A DNA stretch of 64,000 nt from Stappia sp. (GCF_048268045.1 NZ_JBLWWG010000010.1:47288-111287); one strand, 5' to 3'; counted from the stretch's first letter, positions 20,975-29,746 are shown. Notes: generated by a model not told the origin, from the letters alone. Numbers and translations are program-made.

Positions 20975-21222
20975 GTGGGGAGACCGGCCCCGCAGTCATA
21001 AAAGACATATGAATCAGTTCGTTGCCTTCTCCTTCAGGAGGAACGACGCGTTCTTGGGTCGGCCGCTCGGCCAACCCCGCACAGGTGCCATCGAAACGGC
21101 AAGGTCGAGGCCGGCCTCGCTGAGAGGCGTCCGTTTCGATGCACGGCGAGCTTTGGAAGCCTTTTCGGTTTCAGCTCACACGTGACCCAACTGGGCCGGG
21201 GAATTTCCCCCGGCCCGTTTTT
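20975..21222 (+). ncRNA. Candidate structured sRNA A (several hairpins ending in an intrinsic terminator); family unassigned
   Basis: Stems CATCGAAACGG/CCGTTTCGATG (21089-99/21131-41), CGAGG-ccgg-CCTCG, GGGTcGGCC-gctc-GGCCaACCC and GAGCT..AGCTC. No annotated plus-strand gene here. Confidence 0.45.
21193..21222 (+). terminator. Rho-independent terminator
   Basis: GGGCCGGGG-aatttc-CCCCGGCCC-gTTTTT. Confidence 0.75.
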
Positions 21223-21334
21223 CCCGCCACCAGCACAAGAGGCTGGAACGGGGGGGCTTGCGGAAAATGCCCTTCATCGCTTTGGGTAGGGAGCAAGCCG
21301 CCAGAATTGTGGGGAGCAGAATCGCCCGACGACG

Positions 21335-21350
21335 CGGCGCTGTAATTGCG
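21335..21350 (+). promoter_or_regulatory. Candidate sigma54 -24/-12 promoter
   Basis: CGGCGC-TGTAA-TTGCG: GG-N10-GC with TT before GC; deviates from TGGCAC-N5-TTGCW at 3 positions. Confidence 0.4.
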
Positions 21351-21408
21351 CATTCGACGGGCAACGGGTTTTCAGTAGATGCTTTTGGGAGGAAATTCAG
21401 AAGGATCG

Positions 21409-21447
21409 GCCACCCGCACGCGATACTCGCGGCGGGTGGTCTTTTTT
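21409..21447 (+). terminator. Rho-independent terminator, U-tract on plus strand (may also serve the convergent MCP)
   Basis: GCCACCCGC-a-CGCGA-tac-TCGCG-GCGGGTGGT-c-TTTTTT. Confidence 0.75.
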
Positions 21448-21475
21448 GTCGAACTGACTGCCCCGGGCAATCGCC

Positions 21476-22846
21476 TCAGGCCACGTGCACTTTCGTGTCC
21501 TCGCCCTGCAACCGTCGAATATCGGAGAAGAAGTCGCGGATATCCTTGGTGATGGACTTGGCGTGCCCCTGAAGGTCGGACGAGACCACAAGGAAGCTTG
21601 TGGCCGCACCCTCCGTCTTCTCGATCGCATCGCTCACACTCGAGACATTTCGGTTGAGAGTGGAGGTTCCCTGGGCCGCCTGCTGCACGTTGATCGAGAT
21701 CTCGCGCGTCGCCGCACCCTGCTCCTCGACCGCGGCTGCAATTGCAGCGGTAAGACTGTCGATCTCGCCCACAGTCGAGGCAATCGACCCGATGGTGGCA
21801 ACCGCGCGCGTCGTCGCGGCCTGCACCTCCGACACCTGCTTGGCGATGTCCTCGGTTGCCTTGGAAGTCTGGCCGGCCAGCTGCTTCACCTCCTGCGCGA
21901 CGATGGCGAAACCGCGCCCCGCCTCGCCGGCGCGCGCCGCCTCGATGGTGGCGTTCAGCGCCAGCAGGTTGGTCTGCTCGGCAATCGCCTGGATCAGGCC
22001 GATCACATCGCCGATCTTCTGGGCGGTGACCGAGAGCAGGCCGACCTCGGAAGAGGCGTTGTCCGTGATTCCGGTGGCGCGGCGGGCAACGTCGGAAGCT
22101 CCGGAGATCTGACGCGCGATCTCGACGATCGAGCTGGCCAGTTCCTCGGCCGCGGCCGCAACCGTCTGGACGTTGCAACTGGTCTGCTCGGACACCGCAG
22201 AGGCGGACAGGGCCTCCTCCGACGCGGCGTTTGCCACAGCCTTCAGATTTCCGGCGCCGGCGCCGACCTGATCGGCGGTATTGCCGACGGCCTGCAGCGC
22301 ACCATCCACCTTGACCTGGAAGCGGTCGACAGCTTCCTTCAGGGTCTTGGTCCGGTTCTCCTGCGCCTCCATCAGAATCTCTTGATAGGTGGAGATCGCA
22401 TAGTCGAGATCGAGCATGACCGCACGGTTCATCGCCTGGATCGTCACCGTCAGGCGCTTCGGCGACAAGCGGTACTTTCGCACCACGATCGCGACAAGTT
22501 CGTTCAGGACAAACTGATAGCCGGCGATGTACCAGCGCGGCTCGAGGCCGATACGGACGTGAGCCCGCCCGATCCGGTTGATGCTGTCGACATATTCCTG
22601 GTCGAACGCGGCGTGAAACAGACGCCCCCAATGGGCTTTCTGCGCGCTCTCCAGCGAGGCTTGTCGGCTGCCGACCAGATTCTTCAACGCAGGCTCGGAC
22701 ATGACGTGCTTGTAAAAGCGACGCAAAATGTCGTCCAGATGCGCTTCCACCACAGGCCAGAGCGCGCGAAGGCAGTCTCTGGTTTCATCGGTAATGCAGG
22801 CAAAGGAGACGCGACGCCCGACTTGCTCAATTTCTGTTTTCGACAT
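21476..22846 (-). CDS. Globin-coupled (HemAT-like) soluble methyl-accepting chemotaxis protein
   Basis: [22 protein letters not shown] globin motif; [30 protein letters not shown] signalling hairpin; no TM segment. Confidence 0.93.
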   Translation of the reverse strand: MSKTEIEQVGRRVSFACITDETRDCLRALWPVVEAHLDDILRRFYKHVMSEPALKNLVGSRQASLESAQKAHWGRLFHAAFDQEYVDSINRIGRAHVRIGLEPRWYIAGYQFVLNELVAIVVRKYRLSPKRLTVTIQAMNRAVMLDLDYAISTYQEILMEAQENRTKTLKEAVDRFQVKVDGALQAVGNTADQVGAGAGNLKAVANAASEEALSASAVSEQTSCNVQTVAAAAEELASSIVEIARQISGASDVARRATGITDNASSEVGLLSVTAQKIGDVIGLIQAIAEQTNLLALNATIEAARAGEAGRGFAIVAQEVKQLAGQTSKATEDIAKQVSEVQAATTRAVATIGSIASTVGEIDSLTAAIAAAVEEQGAATREISINVQQAAQGTSTLNRNVSSVSDAIEKTEGAATSFLVVSSDLQGHAKSITKDIRDFFSDIRRLQGEDTKVHVA

Positions 22847-23277
22847 CTGGGGGGCCTCTATTCAATTCCGAAAACAAGTTTCCCCTATATTTCTTGAGAT
22901 TCGACTAATTTTTGCCAGCCCTTCCGTAGGGTTTTTAAAAAACAAACCACAACAACCAATCGCACGAAGATCAAAATAATCCTTTGAAATCAAATGCATA
23001 AAAGCGAGACCCAAAATTCCCACGCGAAAATCTCCCCAAAGGCCGCACTGCCGCTGCGTTCCAGGATACCCCCGAAAAATGAATACTGACACAGAAAATC
23101 AAAAACCCGCAGACTTACGCAATTTACCGAAAATATTCATTTAAATATGAAAGAAAGCTCCTGCAATCGCAGCAGGAAATCTGCAACAGCGAATTCATGT
23201 CGCAATAAAACGGAATTAAGGGCGCGCTGCCGGCAAAGCCATTGGTGGAAACTCCGGCCGAGGCAGCGCTCGGAAAC

Positions 23278-23352
23278 TGGCTGGGGCGGCAGGATTCGAA
23301 CCTGCGCATGACGGTACCAAAAACCGTTGCCTTACCACTTGGCGACGCCCCA
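23278..23352 (-). tRNA. tRNA-Gln(TTG)
   Basis: TGGGGCGTCGCCAAGTGGTAAGGC...ACGGT-TTTTGGT-ACCGT...GGTTCGAATCC...CCAGCCA; CCA end encoded. Confidence 0.97.
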
Positions 23353-23368
23353 CCGTTTGCGGTCGCCT

Positions 23369-23397
23369 GTATAGCCAGCAGCCATCGGAGACGCAAG
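23369..23397 (-). promoter_or_regulatory. RpoD-type promoter of tRNA-Gln
   Basis: CTTGCG-N17-CTATAC, matching the alphaproteobacterial CTTGAC-N17-CTATAT pattern. Confidence 0.6.
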
Positions 23398-23499
23398 CAC
23401 GGCATTGTCATGGCCACCTTCCCCGACGGCGCGAACAAGCACCTACCGGCGGCAACGCCTGTCATCCACAGGCTGATTCAATTTCGAGGCAACGTCGGG

Positions 23500-23528
23500 C
23501 TTGCAGTCGCAAAATCATGGTGCTAATA
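23500..23528 (+). promoter_or_regulatory. RpoD-type promoter of tRNA-Pro
   Basis: CTTGCA-N17-CTAATA. Confidence 0.55.
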
Positions 23529-23592
23529 ACCCGCCACACAGACGAAATGCCTGCGGCGGCGACGCTCGACACGGCAGGTTTTCTGAAAATGT

Positions 23593-23669
23593 CGGAGTGT
23601 AGCGCAGCCTGGTAGCGCACCTCGTTCGGGACGAGGGGGTCGCAGGTTCAAATCCTGCCACTCCGACCA
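23593..23669 (+). tRNA. tRNA-Pro(CGG)
   Basis: CGGAGTGTAGCGCAGCCTGGTAGCGCA-CCTCG-TTCGGGA-CGAGG...GGTTCAAATCC...CTCCGACCA. Confidence 0.97.
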
Positions 23670-24146
23670 TTATTTGAAGACATCTAGTTGTGCACTGTAA
23701 GTGGACCTCCTGTCGTCCCAGCAGAAACACACCATCGCTGATACGGTTCCTGGAGGTCACGCACCCTAGGTCCTCTTGCCAGTCAGCGTAGATCGCTGCC
23801 CCCCCATATCAAGAAACACGGCTCACGACCCTTGTTTGGGTATTTTTCGGCGACCCTAACGCTGGCCCGCCGAATCCTGCGGAACCTGCCGCGCGAATTC
23901 TTGCCCGCACAAAGATCCTTGCCGACAACGATGATTTTTAACTTCGTACCGTCGGCGGGGAGCTGCACCCAACAATCATGCCATTGCAGGCGAGACTACG
24001 AAAAGCAGGTTTTCCCGGCGCGAGCAGAACATTGCCCCCTCCGCGCGTGCAATCGCGGTCAAATGTCTTCAGCAGCCAAGCTTGCCCCCAGCCCCTTGCC
24101 CTGGCTCTCACGACATCTCAGCCCGGACCTATCCCTCGCCCTCCTG

Positions 24147-24611
24147 TCACGCCTCAAGCTGCGCTTCCTCGGGAACCGGGTGCACAAGCCGAGCACTGAC
24201 CGCAATTCGGTTCCAGATGTTTATCGTGCCTATGGCTATGGTCAGCTGCGCGACTTCGGTCTCGGAGAAAACGGAGCGAACTGCATCGAATGCAGCGTTC
24301 GGGACACCCGTTTGGGCAATCAACGTGACGCTTTCGGTCCATTCCAGCGCGGCGCGGTCCCTGTTGTCGAAAAAGGGAGATTCACGCCAGACCGACACCA
24401 GATGCAGCGTTTGCGGATCCAGCCCGTCCGCGAGAGCTTCCTTGACGTGCAGATCGACGCAGAACGCGCATCCGTTGATCTGCGAGGCGCGCAGCTTGAC
24501 CAGATGCAGCAAGCGACTGCTGATGCCGGATTTCTTCACCACCCCATCCAACTGCGCGACGGCGCGGTAGAGTTCGGGGGCGAGTTGCGCGATGTTGAGT
24601 CTGGGTTGCAT
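24147..24611 (-). CDS. Carboxymuconolactone decarboxylase/AhpD-family protein
   Basis: LVKLRASQINGCAFCVDLH (CxxC) and INIWNRIAV motifs. Confidence 0.92.
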   Translation of the reverse strand: MQPRLNIAQLAPELYRAVAQLDGVVKKSGISSRLLHLVKLRASQINGCAFCVDLHVKEALADGLDPQTLHLVSVWRESPFFDNRDRAALEWTESVTLIAQTGVPNAAFDAVRSVFSETEVAQLTIAIGTINIWNRIAVSARLVHPVPEEAQLEA

Positions 24612-24636
24612 GACAGGTCCTTCAGATATCGGCTTA

Positions 24637-24673
24637 CCGCTAATCATGGATATATTATATCCATGATTAGCGG
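24637..24673. promoter_or_regulatory. Perfect 18-1-18 palindrome, probable operator of the Rrf2 regulator
   Basis: CCGCTAATCATGGATATA-T-TATATCCATGATTAGCGG between divergent genes; core GGATA-N5-TATCC. Confidence 0.75.
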
Positions 24674-24712
24674 ATGCAACCCTCATGATCCGCGGAAGGT
24701 GGGAGAAACTGA

Positions 24713-25207
24713 ATGAGGCGATTGAGCGATGGGGTCGAGGCTGCGTTGCACTGCGCGTTGGTGCTCACCGGCCTGCCGGACGGAAAAGTTCTGCCCGGCA
24801 AGAGCCTGGCCGAACTTCACGGCGTCTCGGAGACCTACCTGCTCAAGCACCTTCGCGCCCTGACGGCAGCCGGAGTGATCAGGGCGTTGCCGGGTCCGCG
24901 TGGCGGCTATCGGCTGTCGCGCGCACCGGCGAGCATCACGTTGCTCGACATAGTGGAAGCCATTGACGGTCGTGAACCCGCCTTCCTTTGTCGTGAAATC
25001 CGGCGTCGTGGCCCTGAACAGACCAAGGACCCTTGCGCGTACAAAACAGACTGCTTCATCAAATCTCGCATGCTGGCGGCGGAAGACGCCTGGCGGGACG
25101 CCCTTCGTGTTCAAACGCTCGCCGATCTGGTGCGTGACGGGGAGACATTGATTGACGAACGCAACAAGGAAGCCATCTCCGCTTTCGTACAAAACGCGCA
25201 GCGTTAA
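24713..25207 (+). CDS. Rrf2-family regulator, RsrR-like
   Basis: GVEAALHC, LAELHGVS..YL.K, GP.GGY.L, AF.C.EIR.RGP and C.I...M..AE.AWR motifs follow the Streptomyces RsrR pattern. Confidence 0.9.
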   Translation: MRRLSDGVEAALHCALVLTGLPDGKVLPGKSLAELHGVSETYLLKHLRALTAAGVIRALPGPRGGYRLSRAPASITLLDIVEAIDGREPAFLCREIRRRGPEQTKDPCAYKTDCFIKSRMLAAEDAWRDALRVQTLADLVRDGETLIDERNKEAISAFVQNAQR

Positions 25208-25255
25208 GCTCTCCCGCTTTCGCCCCTCCCCTTTTCCAAGCTGTCGCCTTGCGGT

Positions 25256-26458
25256 TCAGCGGTGGCGCGGGCGCAGGAAAAGCATGGGGAAATAGCCTGC
25301 CGCGAAGAGCAGATAGGCGAGCGACCAGCAGCCGGCCGCGCCGTGAAACAGAGGCATCGCCTCCTGCGGGACAAAACCGGCGAGCACACGGGCGAGCGCG
25401 CCTGCGAAAACCAGCACAAAGATCGCCAGCTCCAGCCGCCCGGCGACAAGTCCCCTGCCGGAGTGTCCCCGGCTTGCGCGTGTCATGACCGCAAGCGTCA
25501 TCATGCCCACCGTACCGGCTGTCCACACATGCACCATGGCCAAGGGGTCGATCGCGGCAACGCCGAGCACGCCGGCTCCGACCAGCAGGAAGCCGGCGGG
25601 AATCGTGGCATAGGCCGCGTGCAGCACGAAGAGCAGCGGCTCGCTGCGGGTGGCAAGGCCACGCCAGCGAGCAACGCGCACGCTGTTTGCAAGGCCTGCG
25701 AGGACAAGAAGTACGCCGGTTGCGCCCGCCTCCGGCCAGGCGATCCAGCTTACCAGGGCAATGACGGACATAAGCATGGCACTGCCATCAACGCGCGAAA
25801 AGGGCGCGGGAAGCCGGTCGCTGCCACGCATCATCAGCCAGTTTCGCGTGAAAGCCGGAATGATCCGGCCACCCACAAGCATGATCATGGCCAGCACGAC
25901 GGCCACGGCCGCGCGGAGTGAATGATCGGCGGCGCCGGCAAGCGCGCTTTCCAGATGGAAGCAGGCATTTGTCAGGCCAAAGACCGCGACCAGAGCGACA
26001 ATGCGCAGGTTGCGATAGTTCCCTCCGGCGATCACCTCGCGTGCAAACACAAAGACCAGTGCCAGCGGGAAAAGCATGTCGAGGGCCGCAGCAAGCCAGG
26101 GGCCGAGCAGAGCGGACGTCGAGACGGCGACGCGGCCGATCACCCACAGAACAACGAGCGCGAACAGCAAGCCTCCGCTTACCAACGGCCGTCCCGTCCA
26201 GTTGCTGACCGCCGTGAGCGCAAATCCCGCGATGATTGCCGAAACTCCGCCGAAAAGCAGCGTATGGACATGCCATTCGACCGGCAGGAAGCGGGTTGGC
26301 ACTTCAAGACTGCCGGAAAATACCGGGAGCCACACCAGTATGCTCGCGACCATTGCGATGGCTCCGAGAAAGAAGAACGGCCGGAAGCCGCCGGAGAGCC
26401 AATAGGCATCGGCGAAAGGGAAGGCAGCACGGTCGGCGTGCGGGAGGGCCTGCGACAT
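25256..26458 (-). CDS. nnrS: NnrS-family membrane protein (copy 1)
   Basis: GFRPFF, WHVH..LFG, NWTGR, GGRIIPAFTRNW and TLAVMTRASRGHSGR motifs. Confidence 0.92.
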   Translation of the reverse strand: MSQALPHADRAAFPFADAYWLSGGFRPFFFLGAIAMVASILVWLPVFSGSLEVPTRFLPVEWHVHTLLFGGVSAIIAGFALTAVSNWTGRPLVSGGLLFALVVLWVIGRVAVSTSALLGPWLAAALDMLFPLALVFVFAREVIAGGNYRNLRIVALVAVFGLTNACFHLESALAGAADHSLRAAVAVVLAMIMLVGGRIIPAFTRNWLMMRGSDRLPAPFSRVDGSAMLMSVIALVSWIAWPEAGATGVLLVLAGLANSVRVARWRGLATRSEPLLFVLHAAYATIPAGFLLVGAGVLGVAAIDPLAMVHVWTAGTVGMMTLAVMTRASRGHSGRGLVAGRLELAIFVLVFAGALARVLAGFVPQEAMPLFHGAAGCWSLAYLLFAAGYFPMLFLRPRHR

Positions 26459-26575
26459 TGGGTGATGCCTCGAGCGTTTCGTGGAGTGGAACAAGACGGC
26501 AGGCGTGGCGAAATGCCCGTCACTGCCGCCTTCAGCGGAAGGACCGGGCTCATGCGCCCGGCCCTTGCCGAAGGA

Positions 26576-27013
26576 TCAAAGACCGCCGAGCAGGGTCTCG
26601 AACTTCTTGCCTGCCCGGCCGGGGTTCTTAACCGCCTTTACCTCGGCGAGATTGACCGGCTCGCCGACGACGACCGCCGCCACCATACCCATGGCGAAAT
26701 GTGGCTTGCACTTGATGCCGTAGACCCCCGGGGTGTCGAAGGTCACCGTCACATCCTTGCTCATCTTGCCGGCAAAGGGCTCCGCGCCTTGCGGGATCAT
26801 GCCCTTGATCGTCTCGGCGTTGTGACCCGGATTGGTCGACACGAAGCGAACCGTGTCCCCAGGGGCGATCTGAAGGAGGTCGGGTTCAAAAACCATGACG
26901 CCCGTCGCCCCCTTGTTGAGCATCTTCACTTCGTGCTCCGCAGCCTGAGCCACGCCCATCATCGCGACGAGACCGGTGGCGAGCGCAAGGGTGAAAATCC
27001 TGATCCTGTTCAT
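26576..27013 (-). CDS. paz: Pseudoazurin (blue copper protein)
   Basis: Signal peptide; HEVKMLNKG..G.MVFEP, GHNAETI and YGIKCKPHFAMGMV (His/Cys/His/Met ligands). Confidence 0.95.
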   Translation of the reverse strand: MNRIRIFTLALATGLVAMMGVAQAAEHEVKMLNKGATGVMVFEPDLLQIAPGDTVRFVSTNPGHNAETIKGMIPQGAEPFAGKMSKDVTVTFDTPGVYGIKCKPHFAMGMVAAVVVGEPVNLAEVKAVKNPGRAGKKFETLLGGL

Positions 27014-27111
27014 CTTCCTGCTCCGAATTTGGTTTCCGGGGGACTTTCCCGCGGGGGCGGGCTCGCAAAGCCCCGTCCCTTTCTGTCTAGCGCCCCGCGC
27101 CTTTGCGAACG

Positions 27112-27125
27112 TTGTGCGAGCGCAA
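27112..27125. promoter_or_regulatory. NnrR/FNR-type box upstream of paz
   Basis: TTGTG-CGAG-CGCAA, ~100 bp upstream of the paz start. Confidence 0.6.
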
Positions 27126-27145
27126 ACTCGGGGCGACTTGAAAGA

Positions 27146-28660
27146 TCAGGGCAGCTTGAAGAAGTTGACGATCTCGACGCGGTCACCGCTCGCCTCGTCA
27201 ATCAGGGCAAACGTTAGGTCACCCGCGAGGTCGGGAGTTCCCGCGACGGTGACGCGAAGCTGGCGTGACTGGCCCGCCTCAAGCGGGATCACCGCGATCC
27301 CGTCGTCGAACTTGCCTTCACCGACCACGCCGAGCACCAGCGGCGCCTGTCCATTCACCTCGAGACGAAGCCCGCCCGAACCCTGCGAGACACGCGACAG
27401 GCGAACCTCATAGGCGTTGCGAATGCGCCCCTCCGACAATGCCACGGCGATGGGATTGCGCTCGTGCGCGACCGTCATCGAGATCGTCGAGCGGGTCGAG
27501 ACGGAAACAACAACCGTCGCGAGGATCGCGACCAGCGCCACCGTGAGGGCTACGATCTTGGGCCTGACCAAGCGGACGGGCTTGCGCGCCGAACCGGAGC
27601 GGCCGCGCTCGATGTTGGTCCAGGCTTCATAGTCGATGAGCCCGCGCTCGCGGCCGACCTTCGACATGGTGGAGTCGCAGGCATCGACACACAGTCCGCA
27701 GTTGATGCAGGCGAGATTCGGTCCCTCGCGAATGTCGATGCCCATCGGACAGACTTGGACGCAAGCCATGCAGTCAACGCAATCGCCGGCCGGCTCGCCA
27801 AGAGCGCGTGCGGCAGCCGCCTTCTTGACCGACATCCGCTCTTCACCGCGATAGTCGCGGTAAGCGACGACGAAGGCATCCTCATCCCAGACGGCGCCCT
27901 GCAGGCGGGGCCAAGGGCACATGTAGGTGCACATCTTCTCGCGCGCGAAGCCGGCCAGTGCATAGGTCGTGAGCGTCAACGTGAGAATGGCACCATAGGC
28001 GGCGACCGAGGCCTCGCCCGCAAGCGCCTGGGAGATGAATGTCGGCGCATCGACAAAATAAAGCACGAAGGCTCCACCCGTGCCGATGCCGATGGCAAGC
28101 CAGATCACATGCTTGAGGCTCTTGCGAAGGACCCGGCCGACAGTCATCGGCAGATGCATCTGCCGAAGTTGCTCCCGGCGGTCGCCCTCGAGCCAGCGCT
28201 CCGTCAGCAAGTAAAGGTCCGTCCAAACCGTCTGCGGGCAAAAATAGCCACACCAGATACGTCCGGCGATCACGTTGGTGAGCACCAGCATGATCGTCGC
28301 GGCGACCAGAACCGCCGTCAGATAGTAGAGCTCCTGCGGGCGGATCTCGAGAGCGAAGAGGAAGAAGCGAACATGCGCGAGGTCGAACAACACCGCCTGC
28401 CCCGGAAGCTCCGCCCCGCGATCCCAGCGCAGGAACGGCACGGTGTAGTAGACCGCAAGGCACAGGACGACCATCACCCACTTGAGGCGCCGATAGAAAC
28501 CGGACACCGACTGCGGCACCACCGGCTCGCCCGTCTGGGCGGGCGGGCGCACAATCGGCTTTCTGCGACGCGTCGGCCTCGCCGCCGCAGTCGGTGACGC
28601 GGCCGGCAGCGTGGCGGTCACGGCTTCGGATTTCAGGAAGTCTGCGGGGATATAGGTCAT
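27146..28660 (-). CDS. ccoG: CcoG/FixG/RdxA-family 4Fe-4S membrane protein
   Basis: GRIWCGYFCPQTVW, CTYMCPWPR, DCVDCMACVQVCPMGIDIR and CINCGLCVDAC motifs. Confidence 0.92.
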   Translation of the reverse strand: MTYIPADFLKSEAVTATLPAASPTAAARPTRRRKPIVRPPAQTGEPVVPQSVSGFYRRLKWVMVVLCLAVYYTVPFLRWDRGAELPGQAVLFDLAHVRFFLFALEIRPQELYYLTAVLVAATIMLVLTNVIAGRIWCGYFCPQTVWTDLYLLTERWLEGDRREQLRQMHLPMTVGRVLRKSLKHVIWLAIGIGTGGAFVLYFVDAPTFISQALAGEASVAAYGAILTLTLTTYALAGFAREKMCTYMCPWPRLQGAVWDEDAFVVAYRDYRGEERMSVKKAAAARALGEPAGDCVDCMACVQVCPMGIDIREGPNLACINCGLCVDACDSTMSKVGRERGLIDYEAWTNIERGRSGSARKPVRLVRPKIVALTVALVAILATVVVSVSTRSTISMTVAHERNPIAVALSEGRIRNAYEVRLSRVSQGSGGLRLEVNGQAPLVLGVVGEGKFDDGIAVIPLEAGQSRQLRVTVAGTPDLAGDLTFALIDEASGDRVEIVNFFKLP

Positions 28661-28782
28661 TCAGGTCTCCACGGCCGGAGCCGTCCGCAAGGAGGGCCGC
28701 GACGGGGACCGGTGGTAAAACGGGGGGCACCGGTCTCCAAAAGTGCTGGAGACCACACTAGGAAACGTTCGCCGCCACTTCT

Positions 28783-28796
28783 TTGTGCTGGAACAA
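28783..28796. promoter_or_regulatory. FNR/NnrR-like box upstream of the ccoG-like gene
   Basis: TTGTG-CTGG-AACAA (TTG-N8-CAA), ~130 bp upstream. Confidence 0.4.
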
Positions 28797-28837
28797 ACTG
28801 AAAAGCGATCCGGCGCACCGCCGGCGGAGGCGATGCC

Positions 28838-29671
28838 TCAAAGCCCGATCCAGCTACGCAGGCGACTGAAGGCACCCTGCTCCTCGCGCACCAGACGGAT
28901 GCCGAGGTTCGAGGGCGGAATGCCGACCGAGCAGGCCCCGGCCTTCGGGTCGCGGATGAACGCCGTCATATAGGCGCGGTGGCTCCCCTCCGCGATCCGT
29001 GCGCCGCAGTTCTCGTGGCTCGTCATTGCGCCGGTTTGCGGGTCGATGCGGGTTCGCACATAGCAGGTACTTGTCCATTCCCAGACGTTTCCGGACAGGT
29101 CGTAGAGGCCGTTCTCATTGACGCCAAAACTGCCGAGCGGACGGGGATGAGGGTTGGGCGCACGTGCCCGGGCCGCCTCTTCCTGATATTCCTGCAACCA
29201 CCGGAGAGCGGGGTTGGCAGGATCGTCAACACCCTGGAACGCGTCGTCGGAAAAGCGCGATCCGGCGGCAAGCGCCCATTCGACATCGCTCGGCAAGCGC
29301 CAGCGATCGCCGGTCCTGCGGCTCAGCCATTCAGCGTAGGCGACCGCATCGTCCCAGTTCACACCGACGACCGGCAGGTCCGCTGCCTGGTCGGAAGCGA
29401 GCGCGACACACGCCCCATCCTCGACGCAAAGCCGGTACTCTCCCGCAGTTACCTGCCGCTTCATGATCTCGAACGGCTCATCCGCCACCAGCGTGACGAG
29501 GGCGCCATTGACCGCTCTCTCGCCCTTCAGGAACTCGCCCGGCTGCCTGTATTCAACCCGCACACCCTCGATGCGCACGCGCTCGGGGAGCTCAATCTCA
29601 CCGGCCAACGTTGTCACGGGCGCGATGGATACCAACAGGCAGGCAAGTGTTCGAATGAAACGCGGTTCCAT
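28838..29671 (-). CDS. nirV: NirV (formylglycine-generating-enzyme-like fold)
   Basis: PVVGVNWDDAVAYAEWLS, RLPSDVEW, NENGLYDLSGNVWEWT and GIRLVRE motifs; directly downstream of nirK. Confidence 0.88.
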   Translation of the reverse strand: MEPRFIRTLACLLVSIAPVTTLAGEIELPERVRIEGVRVEYRQPGEFLKGERAVNGALVTLVADEPFEIMKRQVTAGEYRLCVEDGACVALASDQAADLPVVGVNWDDAVAYAEWLSRRTGDRWRLPSDVEWALAAGSRFSDDAFQGVDDPANPALRWLQEYQEEAARARAPNPHPRPLGSFGVNENGLYDLSGNVWEWTSTCYVRTRIDPQTGAMTSHENCGARIAEGSHRAYMTAFIRDPKAGACSVGIPPSNLGIRLVREEQGAFSRLRSWIGL

Positions 29672-29746
29672 GGCAGGACGCCTTTCGCGGAGGGTTGGGC
29701 CGCCCCACCGCGGGGCAGCCCTGCCTTCAATTGACCAACCACCACC

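Noticed and set aside
21078-21100. GCACAGG...CGAAA resemblance to a c-di-GMP-I riboswitch
   Set aside because: The GGCAAA and GACGCAAAGC junction elements are missing and no downstream gene is on that strand.
20879-21125. GCTGAGA motifs (20879, 21119) suggesting a TPP riboswitch
   Set aside because: The downstream ACCTGA...TAATNCCNGCGNAGG core is absent and there is no thiamine gene.
26565-26579. TTGCC-GAAGG-ATCAA as an FNR/NnrR box for the first nnrS
   Set aside because: Spacer is one base too long and it overlaps the paz stop; co-transcription from the paz box is simpler.
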